Shown here: positions 19,208-27,654 of the stretch, piece by piece
How the letters are laid out: each line of letters starts with the position of its first letter
Position numbering within the stretch: position 1 is the first letter of the stretch
NCBI GenBank assembly: GCA_050943115.1
Contig: JBMNON010000002.1
Location: 27,157-91,156 of the forward strand
Origin: Patescibacteria group bacterium
GTDB taxonomy: Bacteria > Patescibacteriota > Microgenomatia > UBA12405
Direction of reading: 5' to 3'
DNA: 64,000 nucleotides
Notes under the pieces: model-generated
What the model saw: the letters and a program-made list of their open reading frames with translations, nothing else
Told to the model about the DNA's origin: nothing
Databases searched by the model: none
Translations under genes and position numbers: made by a program

Positions 19208-20223
19208 TGTTGGTAGGGTTTGTAGGCCAGATTGCCTCCTAATAAGGTTCGGATGTCTTTAATATTGTATTTTGCCATAACCCAACGGTCTAATCCCAGA
19301 CCGAAAGCAAAACCACGCCATTTTTTTGGGTCGATTCCTGCCATAGTCATGACATTGGGATGAATTACTCCGGCACCACCCATTTCTATCCAACCGGCTC
19401 CTTTGCAGATAGCGCAACCAATTCCGTTGCAGTTAAAGCAACTAAGATCCAAGCCCAAACCGGGCTCGACTTCCGGATAGTACTTGCACCGGTAACGGAC
19501 CCGGACATCAGGTCCATAAAGATGCTTAAAAAGGATATTAAAAACACCTATCAGATCTTTTAAGCTAACGTTTTGGTCAACAGCCACGCCTTGGTACTGA
19601 TGGAATATAAAGTGGTTGCTTTTGGTAACTTTTTCATTTCTATAAACCTTTCCCGGAAAAGCGGCTTTAAAAGGAGGTTTTTCTGTTGCCAACAATCTGG
19701 CTTCAATAGATGAAGTTTGGGTACGAAGCAAGATATCTGGTTCACGAATATAGATGCTGTCCTGCATTTCCCGGGCAGGATGGTCTTGGGGAACATTGAG
19801 ACGTTCAAAGCAAAATTCATCAGTTTCAATTTCGGGTCCATCGTAGATTGAGAAACCCAAGGATCTAAATAGATCATTGATGGTTTTTTCGGTGACTGAT
19901 AAAGGGTGAAGATGACCGATCTTAACCGGACTGAAGCCGGTGTGTACTTCGACTGGTTGGATTTTAATGTTTAACTTAAGAGTTTCAGCTTTGACCACTA
20001 CATCTTTTTTTAGCGATTCCTCAATTTTCTTTTTGAGTTGGTTTAGTTGCTGTCCGTATTCTTTTCTGTCTTTGGGGGCAATATTTTTTATGTTAGAGAA
20101 AAGGTCATTTAGAATGCCATTGCGACCCAGGTATTTGATCCTTGTTTCTTCCAAATCTTTGGTGGACTTGGCATTATTGATGTCAGTTTTGGCTTGATCT
20201 AGGATTTGTTCAAAGTTATTCAT
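19204..20223 (-). CDS. pheS: Phenylalanine-tRNA ligase alpha subunit
   Basis: GHLHP, HPAREMQD, LRTQTS, GFAFGLGLDR; start at ATG 20223. Confidence 0.98.
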   Translation of the reverse strand: MNNFEQILDQAKTDINNAKSTKDLEETRIKYLGRNGILNDLFSNIKNIAPKDRKEYGQQLNQLKKKIEESLKKDVVVKAETLKLNIKIQPVEVHTGFSPVKIGHLHPLSVTEKTINDLFRSLGFSIYDGPEIETDEFCFERLNVPQDHPAREMQDSIYIREPDILLRTQTSSIEARLLATEKPPFKAAFPGKVYRNEKVTKSNHFIFHQYQGVAVDQNVSLKDLIGVFNILFKHLYGPDVRVRYRCKYYPEVEPGLGLDLSCFNCNGIGCAICKGAGWIEMGGAGVIHPNVMTMAGIDPKKWRGFAFGLGLDRWVMAKYNIKDIRTLLGGNLAYKPYQQ

Positions 20224-20231
20224 TTTTATAT

Positions 20232-20260
20232 AAAAAAGCTCCCGTTTCTGCGGGAGCTTT
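20232..20260 (-). terminator. Attenuator terminator upstream of pheS
   Basis: AAAGCTCCCG-CAGAAA-CGGGAGCTTTTTT on minus strand. Confidence 0.88.
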
Positions 20261-20286
20261 GAAATCATCAACAAGACTCCCCTACT

Positions 20287-20328
20287 CTATTTCTTAAAAA
20301 AGAAGCAGGCGGAGTATCTGATTTTCAT
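20287..20328 (-). CDS. Phe-rich pheST leader peptide (PheM-like) MKIRYSACFFFKK
   Basis: Three tandem Phe codons TTC TTT TTT; lies between rplT and pheS ahead of alternative hairpins and a terminator. Confidence 0.85.
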   Translation of the reverse strand: MKIRYSACFFFKK

Positions 20329-20332
20329 GCAA

Positions 20333-20674
20333 TTATTTTACTGAATTAACAATCGATTTGAAAGTATCAGGATCATTTATAGCGATTTCTGAAAGCATTT
20401 TGCGATTGAGGATAACCTGATTATCCTTCATTTTTTTAATGAAACTGGAGTATTTAACCTCTAAGGGTTTAAGGGCAGCATTAAGCCTGACTATCCAGGT
20501 TTTTCTCATATCGCGCTTTCTGATTCTGCGGCCGTTGTAGGCATACTGGCCAGCATGCATGACGGCTTCATTGGCGACTTTAAATCTTTTGTGGCGGGTC
20601 ATCCAATAACCCTTGGCCATTTTTAAGACTTTTTTGTGGGCGGCCCTTCTGACGGTACCTGTTTTAACTCTCAT
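20333..20674 (-). CDS. rplT: 50S ribosomal protein L20
   Basis: MRVKTG...AKGY...W.VRLNAA...LNRKMLSEIA. Confidence 0.98.
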   Translation of the reverse strand: MRVKTGTVRRAAHKKVLKMAKGYWMTRHKRFKVANEAVMHAGQYAYNGRRIRKRDMRKTWIVRLNAALKPLEVKYSSFIKKMKDNQVILNRKMLSEIAINDPDTFKSIVNSVK

Positions 20675-20677
20675 TTT

Positions 20678-20887
20678 TTAAGCTTGACCTAGTAATTTTT
20701 TAACTTTAACTGCAAATTTTCCGGTTACCAGTTGTTTGCCTTTGAGTCGGCGGAGCTGTTTTTTTGATTTCTTTCTTCTAAGGTGCCTGTTGAAGGAAGA
20801 CATTCTCAAAACTTTACCGGTTTTGGTAACTTCAAATCTGTTGCTGACAGATTTTCTAATTTTTAGTCTTTTGCTTGCTTTCTTCAT
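20678..20887 (-). CDS. rpmI: 50S ribosomal protein L35
   Basis: K.RKSV.NRF.VT.TGKV...HL..KK; between infC and rplT. Confidence 0.95.
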   Translation of the reverse strand: MKKASKRLKIRKSVSNRFEVTKTGKVLRMSSFNRHLRRKKSKKQLRRLKGKQLVTGKFAVKVKKLLGQA

Positions 20888-21434
20888 TTTTCTTTTGACC
20901 TCCCGATTTTTTGACAGGGGTTAGGGTAAAGATTAATCTTTTACCCATTAGCCTGGGTTCACCTTCAGGTGTAGCTTCCTCTGTCAGGTCAGTTTTGAAT
21001 TTTTCAATAAGGTTATAGCCAAATTCTTTTCTGGTAATTTGGCGACCAAGGAATTTTATACTTAATTTTACTTTATTTCCAGTAGATAAAAATTTTTTTG
21101 CCCTTTTTAGCCTGGTTTCGTAATCACTGAGGCCGATAAAAGGAGTCATTTGAATCTCTTTTAGGTCTCCGCCTTTTGCTCCTTTCTTTTCGGCTTTCAT
21201 TTTTTTGGCTTCCTGATATTTAAATTTTGAGAAATCGATAAGTTTGACAACCGGAGGAACCGCTTTTGGGGCTATTTCCACTAAGTCAAGACCGGTTTCC
21301 TGAGCTTGGTTTTTGGCTTCATAAAGAGACATGACTCCAATTTGTTTGCTATCCTCGTCAATAAGACGTACATTTGGTGCAGTAATCTGGTTGTTAACCC
21401 GGTTTCTAATTTTTCTGTAATCTATTTTTGCCAA
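20856..21434 (-). CDS. infC: Translation initiation factor IF-3, non-AUG start
   Basis: N.QI...VRLID, DLVEIAP...PPVVKLID..KFKY; no in-frame ATG after the upstream TAA, so start is TTG (or ATA). Confidence 0.97.
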   Translation of the reverse strand: MAKIDYRKIRNRVNNQITAPNVRLIDEDSKQIGVMSLYEAKNQAQETGLDLVEIAPKAVPPVVKLIDFSKFKYQEAKKMKAEKKGAKGGDLKEIQMTPFIGLSDYETRLKRAKKFLSTGNKVKLSIKFLGRQITRKEFGYNLIEKFKTDLTEEATPEGEPRLMGKRLIFTLTPVKKSGGQKKNEESKQKTKN

Positions 21435-21464
21435 TTTATTTATTAAATTTTAATGAATAGTTCC

Positions 21465-23270
21465 CTATTTTATCAGGTTTAAGCTTCTGTTGGTAACCTG
21501 AGCTTTTATTTTGTCTATAAAATCGACAAGCGGCATTACACCTAAATCTTGGCCATCTCTTTGGCGGACTGAGACTGCCATGTTGTCTGATTGGGCTTCC
21601 CTTTTGCCAATGATTATCATGTAGGGCACTTTTTCGGTAGTGGCGTTACGAATTTTGTTTTGCATTGTTTCTGATCGGCTATCAATTTCAGACCGGAGAT
21701 CGTTGCCATCAAGTTCTGACTTGATTTTTTGGGCATACCCAATTTGATCGTCAGTAATCGGAATAATCTCAACTTGGTTTGGAGACAGCCAGAGCGGAAA
21801 GGCACCAGAATATTCTTCTATAAGGGTGGCGACAAAGCGTTCCATAGAACCAAGAAGGGTGCGATGGAGCATGATTGGGGTATGTTCCTGTCCGTCGACT
21901 CCCGTGTATTTCATGTCGAAACGGGCGGGTTCATTCATATCCAATTGGATAGTAGTCCCTTGCCACTCACGTCCCATAGCGTCGACTGCTTTTAAGTCGA
22001 TGGCTGGACCGTAAAATTTGGCACCTCCGATATCCTTTTTGTAATCAATTTTCCGTTTTTGGAGGATTTCTTCCAGGGTAGTCTCAGCTAATTTCCAGAC
22101 GCGTTCTTCGCCGATATACTTGTTTTTATTGTCCGGATCACGGATAGAGAGATAGACATTTAACTTGTTAAAACCAAACGTTTTATTAATATCCAGAGCA
22201 AAATCAAGAATTTGGTTTACTTCATAAATAAACTGGTCTTCACGACAAATTATATGGGCATCGTCCTGGGTAAAGCCCCTGACGCGAAGCATACCATGAA
22301 GCACGCCTGACTCTTCGTATCGGTAGACAGATCCAAGCTCACACCAGCGAATTGGCAGTTCACGATAACTTCTTGGGCGAGATTTATAAATACGTATATG
22401 AAAAGGACAACTCATCGGTTTGACATAGTAAGCAGCGGTATCTTCTTCATCTTTTGAAGCCATCGCCATAGGAGGAAAGAGACCCTCTTTAAAGGTTTGA
22501 AGATGGCCGGATGTTTCCCACAGGTTGGATTGGCCGATGTGTGGTGTGTAGATGTATTGGTAGCCGCGCTTACGATGTTCTTGCCTCCAAAAAAGCTCGA
22601 TTTGTTCACGAACAAAGGAAAGCTTTGGGTGCCAGAGAATCAATCCCGGACCGACAGACTCGTCGATACTAAATAAGTCTAATTCTTTACCGATTTTACG
22701 GTGATCACGTTTTTTGGCTTCTTCCAAATTTTCCAAATGTTGTCGTAAGTCGTCATTTGTTTTAAAGGCGGCACCGTAGATACGAGTAAGCATTTTATTC
22801 TTTTCACTCCCATGCCAGTAAGCTCCGGCTACAGAAAGTAGTTTAAAAGCACCTATTTCTCCGGTAGCTTCAACATGAGGACCGGCGCAAAGATCAACAA
22901 ATTCATCCCCTGTTGTATAAATAGTGACCTTTTCCTGCCTTTTCTCAATTTGGTCCAACCATTCTTGTTTGTAGGGGTTGCCAGGGAAAAGCTTTCTAGC
23001 TTCGTCAACCGTTATTTCCCGGCAAGTTATGGGGAGATTTGCGTCAATGATTTTTTGCATTTCTGCTTCAATGACGGGAAAGTTATCCTCGTTAATTTTT
23101 AGATCAATTAAGGGTTCAAAATCAAAGTAAAAACCTTCATCGGTTGCCGGACCCATGGCCATGAAAAATTGGTTTGGGAAAAGACGCTGCATAGCGTGGG
23201 TGAGTACGTGTTCGGCTGAATGACGGATTTTTTCTAACTCTTGTTGATTATTTGAATTATTTAGTGACAT
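21465..23270 (-). CDS. thrS: Threonine-tRNA ligase lacking N-terminal TGS domain
   Basis: RHSAEH, DLCAGPH editing motifs, RDHRKIG, KPMSCP.H, HRT.LGS.ERF; start ATG 23270. Confidence 0.98.
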   Translation of the reverse strand: MSLNNSNNQQELEKIRHSAEHVLTHAMQRLFPNQFFMAMGPATDEGFYFDFEPLIDLKINEDNFPVIEAEMQKIIDANLPITCREITVDEARKLFPGNPYKQEWLDQIEKRQEKVTIYTTGDEFVDLCAGPHVEATGEIGAFKLLSVAGAYWHGSEKNKMLTRIYGAAFKTNDDLRQHLENLEEAKKRDHRKIGKELDLFSIDESVGPGLILWHPKLSFVREQIELFWRQEHRKRGYQYIYTPHIGQSNLWETSGHLQTFKEGLFPPMAMASKDEEDTAAYYVKPMSCPFHIRIYKSRPRSYRELPIRWCELGSVYRYEESGVLHGMLRVRGFTQDDAHIICREDQFIYEVNQILDFALDINKTFGFNKLNVYLSIRDPDNKNKYIGEERVWKLAETTLEEILQKRKIDYKKDIGGAKFYGPAIDLKAVDAMGREWQGTTIQLDMNEPARFDMKYTGVDGQEHTPIMLHRTLLGSMERFVATLIEEYSGAFPLWLSPNQVEIIPITDDQIGYAQKIKSELDGNDLRSEIDSRSETMQNKIRNATTEKVPYMIIIGKREAQSDNMAVSVRQRDGQDLGVMPLVDFIDKIKAQVTNRSLNLIK

Positions 23271-23336
23271 TTTTATTTTAATAGTATAGGAATATTCTAA
23301 CAAAAAAGGGAAACATTGAGCCCATTAAGGCGAGAA

Positions 23337-23384
23337 TTATGCCCTAGTGGGCACTATAGTCAAAGTTGTGTTGTTAGTTCTCAT
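23337..23384 (-). CDS. Thr-rich thrS leader peptide MRTNNTTLTIVPTRA
   Basis: 5 of 15 codons are Thr; stop lies within hairpin GCCCACTAGGGC-N9-GCCTTAATGGGC; upstream of thrS. Confidence 0.7.
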   Translation of the reverse strand: MRTNNTTLTIVPTRA

Positions 23385-23392
23385 AAAAAGGG

Positions 23393-23466
23393 TGAGTCTG
23401 AGAGGACTCGGACCTCTGACCTCATCGATGTCAACGATGCGCTCTAACCAACTGAGCTACAGACTC
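23393..23466 (-). tRNA. tRNA-Val(GAC)
   Basis: Cloverleaf; anticodon arm CATCG-TTGACAT-CGATG; T-loop TCCGAGT (C at position 55). Confidence 0.93.
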
Positions 23467-23517
23467 TTTTTGAATGAAAGTAGTATAGCGAAAGATTTGA
23501 GGAAATTCAAAAGAAAA

Positions 23518-24108
23518 TTAAGCAGCGGATCTGGAAGCTGAGTGCTCACCGCTAAAAAGGTACTGTTCTCCCCCACCCTGCTTCTTCTTGACGTTACTCC
23601 AAAAGGCGTTTCTTTTTCGTTTTTTGGTCTGGAAAAGCTGAAGCCAATTGGTGCTTTCGGAAATGTTCTTCCTGAAGTTTACAATAAGCATTTTTAGTCT
23701 CTGTAAAAAATTTAATTCGTATTGGCTATAGTTTTCTACTTCTGAACTGAGAACGGTTTTTTCAATTTCATTATTCAAGCTTTCAGTGGTCTGTGAGAGC
23801 CGTCTTATTTCTGTTCTGATTTCTTCGATTTCCTTTTGAATTTCCTGGTCATGGCTTTTTATGAAAGTTTGATGTTCTTGTTCTAAATGATTGGCAAGAA
23901 AATTCTTGGTCCAGTCCGAATTTTCAGATTTTTGGTTTATTTCGATAGTTTGTCCCAAGCCGAGTATGCCGCTTAACTTACTTTTGGAGGGCAGTTGACT
24001 TTCCGGTTGTTTTGAGTCGCCATGGCTTTTTAGGAATTCACTGGTGAATCCGTTATTTTTATACTTGTAGTTCTTTGGGTCCTGTTTAGGCCCGATACCA
24101 CCTGCCAT
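23518..24108 (-). CDS. Conserved hypothetical coiled-coil protein (resembles CPR DUF5660 proteins, from memory)
   Basis: Coiled coil, W...F..KK.K...FW, C-terminal SGEHSASRSAA; TGC-TATAAT 7 nt before ATG. Confidence 0.6.
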   Translation of the reverse strand: MAGGIGPKQDPKNYKYKNNGFTSEFLKSHGDSKQPESQLPSKSKLSGILGLGQTIEINQKSENSDWTKNFLANHLEQEHQTFIKSHDQEIQKEIEEIRTEIRRLSQTTESLNNEIEKTVLSSEVENYSQYELNFLQRLKMLIVNFRKNISESTNWLQLFQTKKRKRNAFWSNVKKKQGGGEQYLFSGEHSASRSAA

Positions 24109-24166
24109 GTGGACAATTATAGCACATGACGGGCAAAATTTTGTAAAAAATTAGCTTAAAATGTTC

Positions 24167-24988
24167 TTATTTAAGGCCAAGTAGGTATTCAAAAACTTTT
24201 TCCTGGATTAAGATGTAGTACATAAGGTTGACATTTTGGGATAATTGAGGGTTTTTCTCCAGGTATTTTTGGGCTTCTTCGGGTTTTATCTCAATTTTTT
24301 GATCCTTGGCGATACGATCAACAGATAGGTTAATTTTCCATTCTTCCAATGACTGTTTTTTTAGTTCTTCTTTGTATTGATCTAAAGTTTGACCTTTATT
24401 TTGAAGATACTGATTGACTGTCAACTTGGCCTGGTTTAGCTGGTCAATTAATTGCGACATTTTTCTTTCAATTTCAGCTTCCATTAACATTGGCGACATT
24501 TCTACCGTTGAGGAATTGACTATAATTTCCAGAATTTTGTTAAGCTTGCTCTCTCTTTTTTGTGACTCGGCCTCTTTTGATTTGTTGAATTTTTTAATTT
24601 CTGTTTGATATTTTTCGTCTAACTTTATGGATGGAAGTTCGCTACTAATTAATTCCACCTCCCAGTCCTTATTAAAAGTCAGTGGGGGGTTGTTTATTTT
24701 TATTTGAGGTTGAATAATTGGTTTTAGGTTATTCTCTTTAATGACATCTTCATAGGCATGACCAACGAGGTGGGATAATATTTCGCTAACAATTTTCTCC
24801 TGAGAGATATCTTTTTCAATGATATCCATGGGAACTTTTCCTTCACGAAAACCTTTGCTTTTGTAGTTGGATTGGAGTGACTTCAGGATATTTTGATATT
24901 CGTCACTAATGTCTTTTTGGGCTAATGTTATTTTTAATGTGAAGGAGTTATCCTCGTGTTTTTGGAGATTATTTTGATTTGTTTTCAT
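24167..24988 (-). CDS. tig: Trigger factor lacking the FKBP PPIase domain
   Basis: GFREGKVP ribosome-binding motif directly followed by SurA-like C-domain; about 273 aa. Confidence 0.88.
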   Translation of the reverse strand: MKTNQNNLQKHEDNSFTLKITLAQKDISDEYQNILKSLQSNYKSKGFREGKVPMDIIEKDISQEKIVSEILSHLVGHAYEDVIKENNLKPIIQPQIKINNPPLTFNKDWEVELISSELPSIKLDEKYQTEIKKFNKSKEAESQKRESKLNKILEIIVNSSTVEMSPMLMEAEIERKMSQLIDQLNQAKLTVNQYLQNKGQTLDQYKEELKKQSLEEWKINLSVDRIAKDQKIEIKPEEAQKYLEKNPQLSQNVNLMYYILIQEKVFEYLLGLK

Positions 24989-25014
24989 AAGTAGGGTTAT
25001 GATAACATGAAGCA

Positions 25015-25623
25015 ATGCAAAGAGCTATCTGGCTTGCCGGCAGAACTTTTCTATTGGCATTTTTTGGTGTGATGGCAATTATGTTTTTGCTGTGGGAGAT
25101 GATGATTTATTTGCCCAAGCAAGGAGAGAGAGGGGTTTTTAAGATGGGCAATTCAGAGCAAGTAGTTTTGGGTGAAACAAGCGAGAATACAGAAACGGTA
25201 AAGGAGCAACAAGAAACAGTAATTGCCAACGACGCCCGTCCGGAAATAATTAGAAGGTATCTGGAGAAGTACAAGTCTCCCCTAACACCTTATTCCGAGT
25301 TAATATTTCAGTTATCACAAGATTATGGGTTTGAATATTATTGGATTATTGCCATTGCCCAACAGGAGTCTAATTTGTGCAAAAAGATCCCTGAAGGGTC
25401 ACACAATTGTTGGGGTTATGGGATACATAGTAAGGGTACCTTAAAATTTGATAATTACGATTTAGCTCTAAGAAGTTTTGCGGAGTATCTAAAAAGACAA
25501 TATTTTGATAAAGGATTGAATACTCCCGAATTAATCATGAAAAAATATTGTCCTCATTCAAACGGTTCTTGGGCTTTTGGTGTTCAGCAGTTTATAGACG
25601 AAATGGAATCGGGCAAGCTTTAA
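25015..25623 (+). CDS. Membrane-anchored lysozyme-fold (glucosaminidase/SLT-like) peptidoglycan hydrolase
   Basis: N-terminal TM; AIAQQES catalytic-Glu helix, NCWGYG, KKYCP. Confidence 0.7.
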   Translation: MQRAIWLAGRTFLLAFFGVMAIMFLLWEMMIYLPKQGERGVFKMGNSEQVVLGETSENTETVKEQQETVIANDARPEIIRRYLEKYKSPLTPYSELIFQLSQDYGFEYYWIIAIAQQESNLCKKIPEGSHNCWGYGIHSKGTLKFDNYDLALRSFAEYLKRQYFDKGLNTPELIMKKYCPHSNGSWAFGVQQFIDEMESGKL

Positions 25624-25641
25624 TACACATCTATTTAGTAT

Positions 25642-25670
25642 TTGACATACTTATAATATTTTGATATATT
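25642..25670 (+). promoter_or_regulatory. Sigma70 promoter with extended -10
   Basis: TTGACA-17-TATATT with TG at 25662-25663. Confidence 0.7.
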
Positions 25671-25676
25671 ACTGGC

Positions 25677-25723
25677 AGATCCCGGGGTGGCTCCTCTAAA
25701 AAGCATGCTCTGGGATTTTTTTT
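25677..25723 (+). ncRNA. Candidate ~47-nt hairpin sRNA or leader terminator upstream of efp
   Basis: ATCCCGGGGTGGCT-CCTCTAAAA-AGCATGCTCTGGGAT hairpin (G-U rich) followed by T-run, just after a promoter. Confidence 0.45.
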
Positions 25724-25747
25724 GTCTTTAGTGTTAGAATAACTGTC

Positions 25748-26311
25748 ATGGCACAAATATCAACCGCTCAGTTTAAAAAAGGTATCTATATAATGTTCCA
25801 TGATGAACCCCATATGATAACCGATATTAATTTTGTATCTCCAGGGAAGGGCTCGGCGTTTTATAGGACTAAATTGAAATCACTGCATACCGGAAGAGTC
25901 GTAGAATTTACATACAAGTCCGGTGAGAAGGTTGAGGAAGTTATGGTTGAAACCCACGAAGCAGCTTATTCGTATTATGATGGTTCGGGGTATGTATTTA
26001 TTGAACCAAGAACTTTTGAACAGTATACTGTGCCCCAAGATGTCATGGGAGAGGATAAAGTCTATCTAAAAGAAGGTGTTCTTTATAGAATTAAGTTTTA
26101 TGAGGAAAAACCGGTAGGAGTTACTTTGCCAAAAAGCATAACGGCCAGGGTAACTGAAACTGAGAATTCAGTAAAAGGTGATACGGCCACTTCGGCGATG
26201 AAAACTGCCATTGTCGATACCGGGGCTAAAGTATCTGTGCCCCTCTTTGTCAAGGTTGGTGATGAAATTTCCATTAGTACCGAAACGGGTGCATATCTTT
26301 CGAGAAAGTAG
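25748..26311 (+). CDS. efp: Elongation factor P
   Basis: SPGKGSAF loop, KGDTA, VPLFVKVGD, TG.Y.SR. Confidence 0.98.
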   Translation: MAQISTAQFKKGIYIMFHDEPHMITDINFVSPGKGSAFYRTKLKSLHTGRVVEFTYKSGEKVEEVMVETHEAAYSYYDGSGYVFIEPRTFEQYTVPQDVMGEDKVYLKEGVLYRIKFYEEKPVGVTLPKSITARVTETENSVKGDTATSAMKTAIVDTGAKVSVPLFVKVGDEISISTETGAYLSRK

Positions 26312-26704
26312 TCAGTATTTTAATTCTTTGTTTATTTGCGGGGGCATTAATTTTTCAAAATAGTTCATGGTGGTATCAATTTTATTTAAGGATTCCATGT
26401 ATTGATTGGGAATGGAACTTTGAGTAGGTGTTGGAGAGACGGTGGAGATTGTGGGAGTAAGCTCAGTTTTGCTGTTATTGTCCTGAGGATTGTGGTTACT
26501 TGTCAATCTGATAATCACTGCAACCAAAGAAAGGACGATAATTATTAAGACCAGTATGGTTAATATTAGGATTTTGGGTTCATTGAGGTATCTTCTAATT
26601 TTATTCTCAGAAATATTGTCGTTGTTTTCCCGTTTTTCCTCAACGGAAAGTGGGTTTTCCAGCGGTTGGTCAATATTTTGATATAACAGATCTTCTTTTT
26701 TCAT
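26312..26704 (-). CDS. Hypothetical single-pass membrane protein with Pro/Thr linker
   Basis: One TM helix, TPTISTVSPTPT, C-terminal PP.I. Confidence 0.7.
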   Translation of the reverse strand: MKKEDLLYQNIDQPLENPLSVEEKRENNDNISENKIRRYLNEPKILILTILVLIIIVLSLVAVIIRLTSNHNPQDNNSKTELTPTISTVSPTPTQSSIPNQYMESLNKIDTTMNYFEKLMPPQINKELKY

Positions 26705-27469
26705 TTAATTTTGGATAATTGATTTTAAATTAGATATGGCGTCAAGAATTTGTTGATTAATTGCGTCAAGGTCATTCAGTGATGACGAGGGGTTTTTGGT
26801 GGGTTTTCCTGCTTCTGGGTTGTATGTGGTTTTGGAAATAGATTCCTGTCTATAATCTTCCAGCTTTAAAGAGATAGCTTTGAGGATGTGGTTGGTATTG
26901 TCATCGTTTTGGGGGTCTTTGGAAATTTCGTCTGATAATTTTAGGGCGTGATCAATTAGTGAGAGGTTGTAGTTAATATTGTCTTCGACTAAGGCCGTGT
27001 TGATATTTTTCTTAATATCGTCCAATTTGTCTTCAAATTGCTTGTGGGTGTCTTGAAGTTTCGAATTGTCGGTAATGTCAATATCTTGTACTTTTTGGTT
27101 TTCCTGTTGAAGTAAGTTTTCCTTTTGAGCGAGTATTCCCTGGATAATTTTAGTATTTTGGGGATTGTATTGTTGGTTAATTGATAGCTTTACCCTGAGT
27201 GTCCGGCAATAGGTATCAAGAGCATTATTCCTGGCTATATAGGATTTTATGAAAGCTTCATTTTTTTCTTTGCTGGTTGTTATAGATTTGTATTTTGAGT
27301 CTATTTGTTTTTTTTGTTCGAATTGTGAAAGTGATGTCTGGTAATTGTTGTATTGGTAATAATAGTCGTTTTTATATTTTTGGTAGAGTGTCCAAGGGGC
27401 GGTATCGGTTGAGGTTTGGGCAAATATCGGTTGCGTTAATAGAAGTATTAATAAATGAAACAAGCCCAT
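26705..27469 (-). CDS. Hypothetical secreted helical/coiled-coil protein
   Basis: Start at ATG 27469 (longer ORF runs through a tRNA); signal peptide ending IFA|Q. Confidence 0.7.
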   Translation of the reverse strand: MGLFHLLILLLTQPIFAQTSTDTAPWTLYQKYKNDYYYQYNNYQTSLSQFEQKKQIDSKYKSITTSKEKNEAFIKSYIARNNALDTYCRTLRVKLSINQQYNPQNTKIIQGILAQKENLLQQENQKVQDIDITDNSKLQDTHKQFEDKLDDIKKNINTALVEDNINYNLSLIDHALKLSDEISKDPQNDDNTNHILKAISLKLEDYRQESISKTTYNPEAGKPTKNPSSSLNDLDAINQQILDAISNLKSIIQN

Positions 27470-27489
27470 GTATTTAGTGTAACAAAAAT

Positions 27490-27574
27490 TGGTGCCGCAG
27501 AGAGGATTTGAACCTCCACGGATTGCTCCACACGGTCCTAAGCCGTGCTTGTCTACCAGTTCCAACACTGCGGC
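27490..27574 (-). tRNA. tRNA-Leu(TAG)
   Basis: Anticodon arm CACGG-CTTAGGA-CCGTG, long variable arm, encoded CCA. Confidence 0.96.
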
Positions 27575-27654
27575 AAGGTTTTCATATTATACTAGAATTT
27601 AGGATATTTTTGAAAAATCAGGCCAAAAGACATATACTTTTAAGATAAAGGTAT

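Noticed and set aside
20224-23392. T-box riboswitches upstream of pheS or thrS
   Set aside because: Spacers are only ~110-120 nt and lack the UGGNACC T-box bulge; leader peptides explain them better
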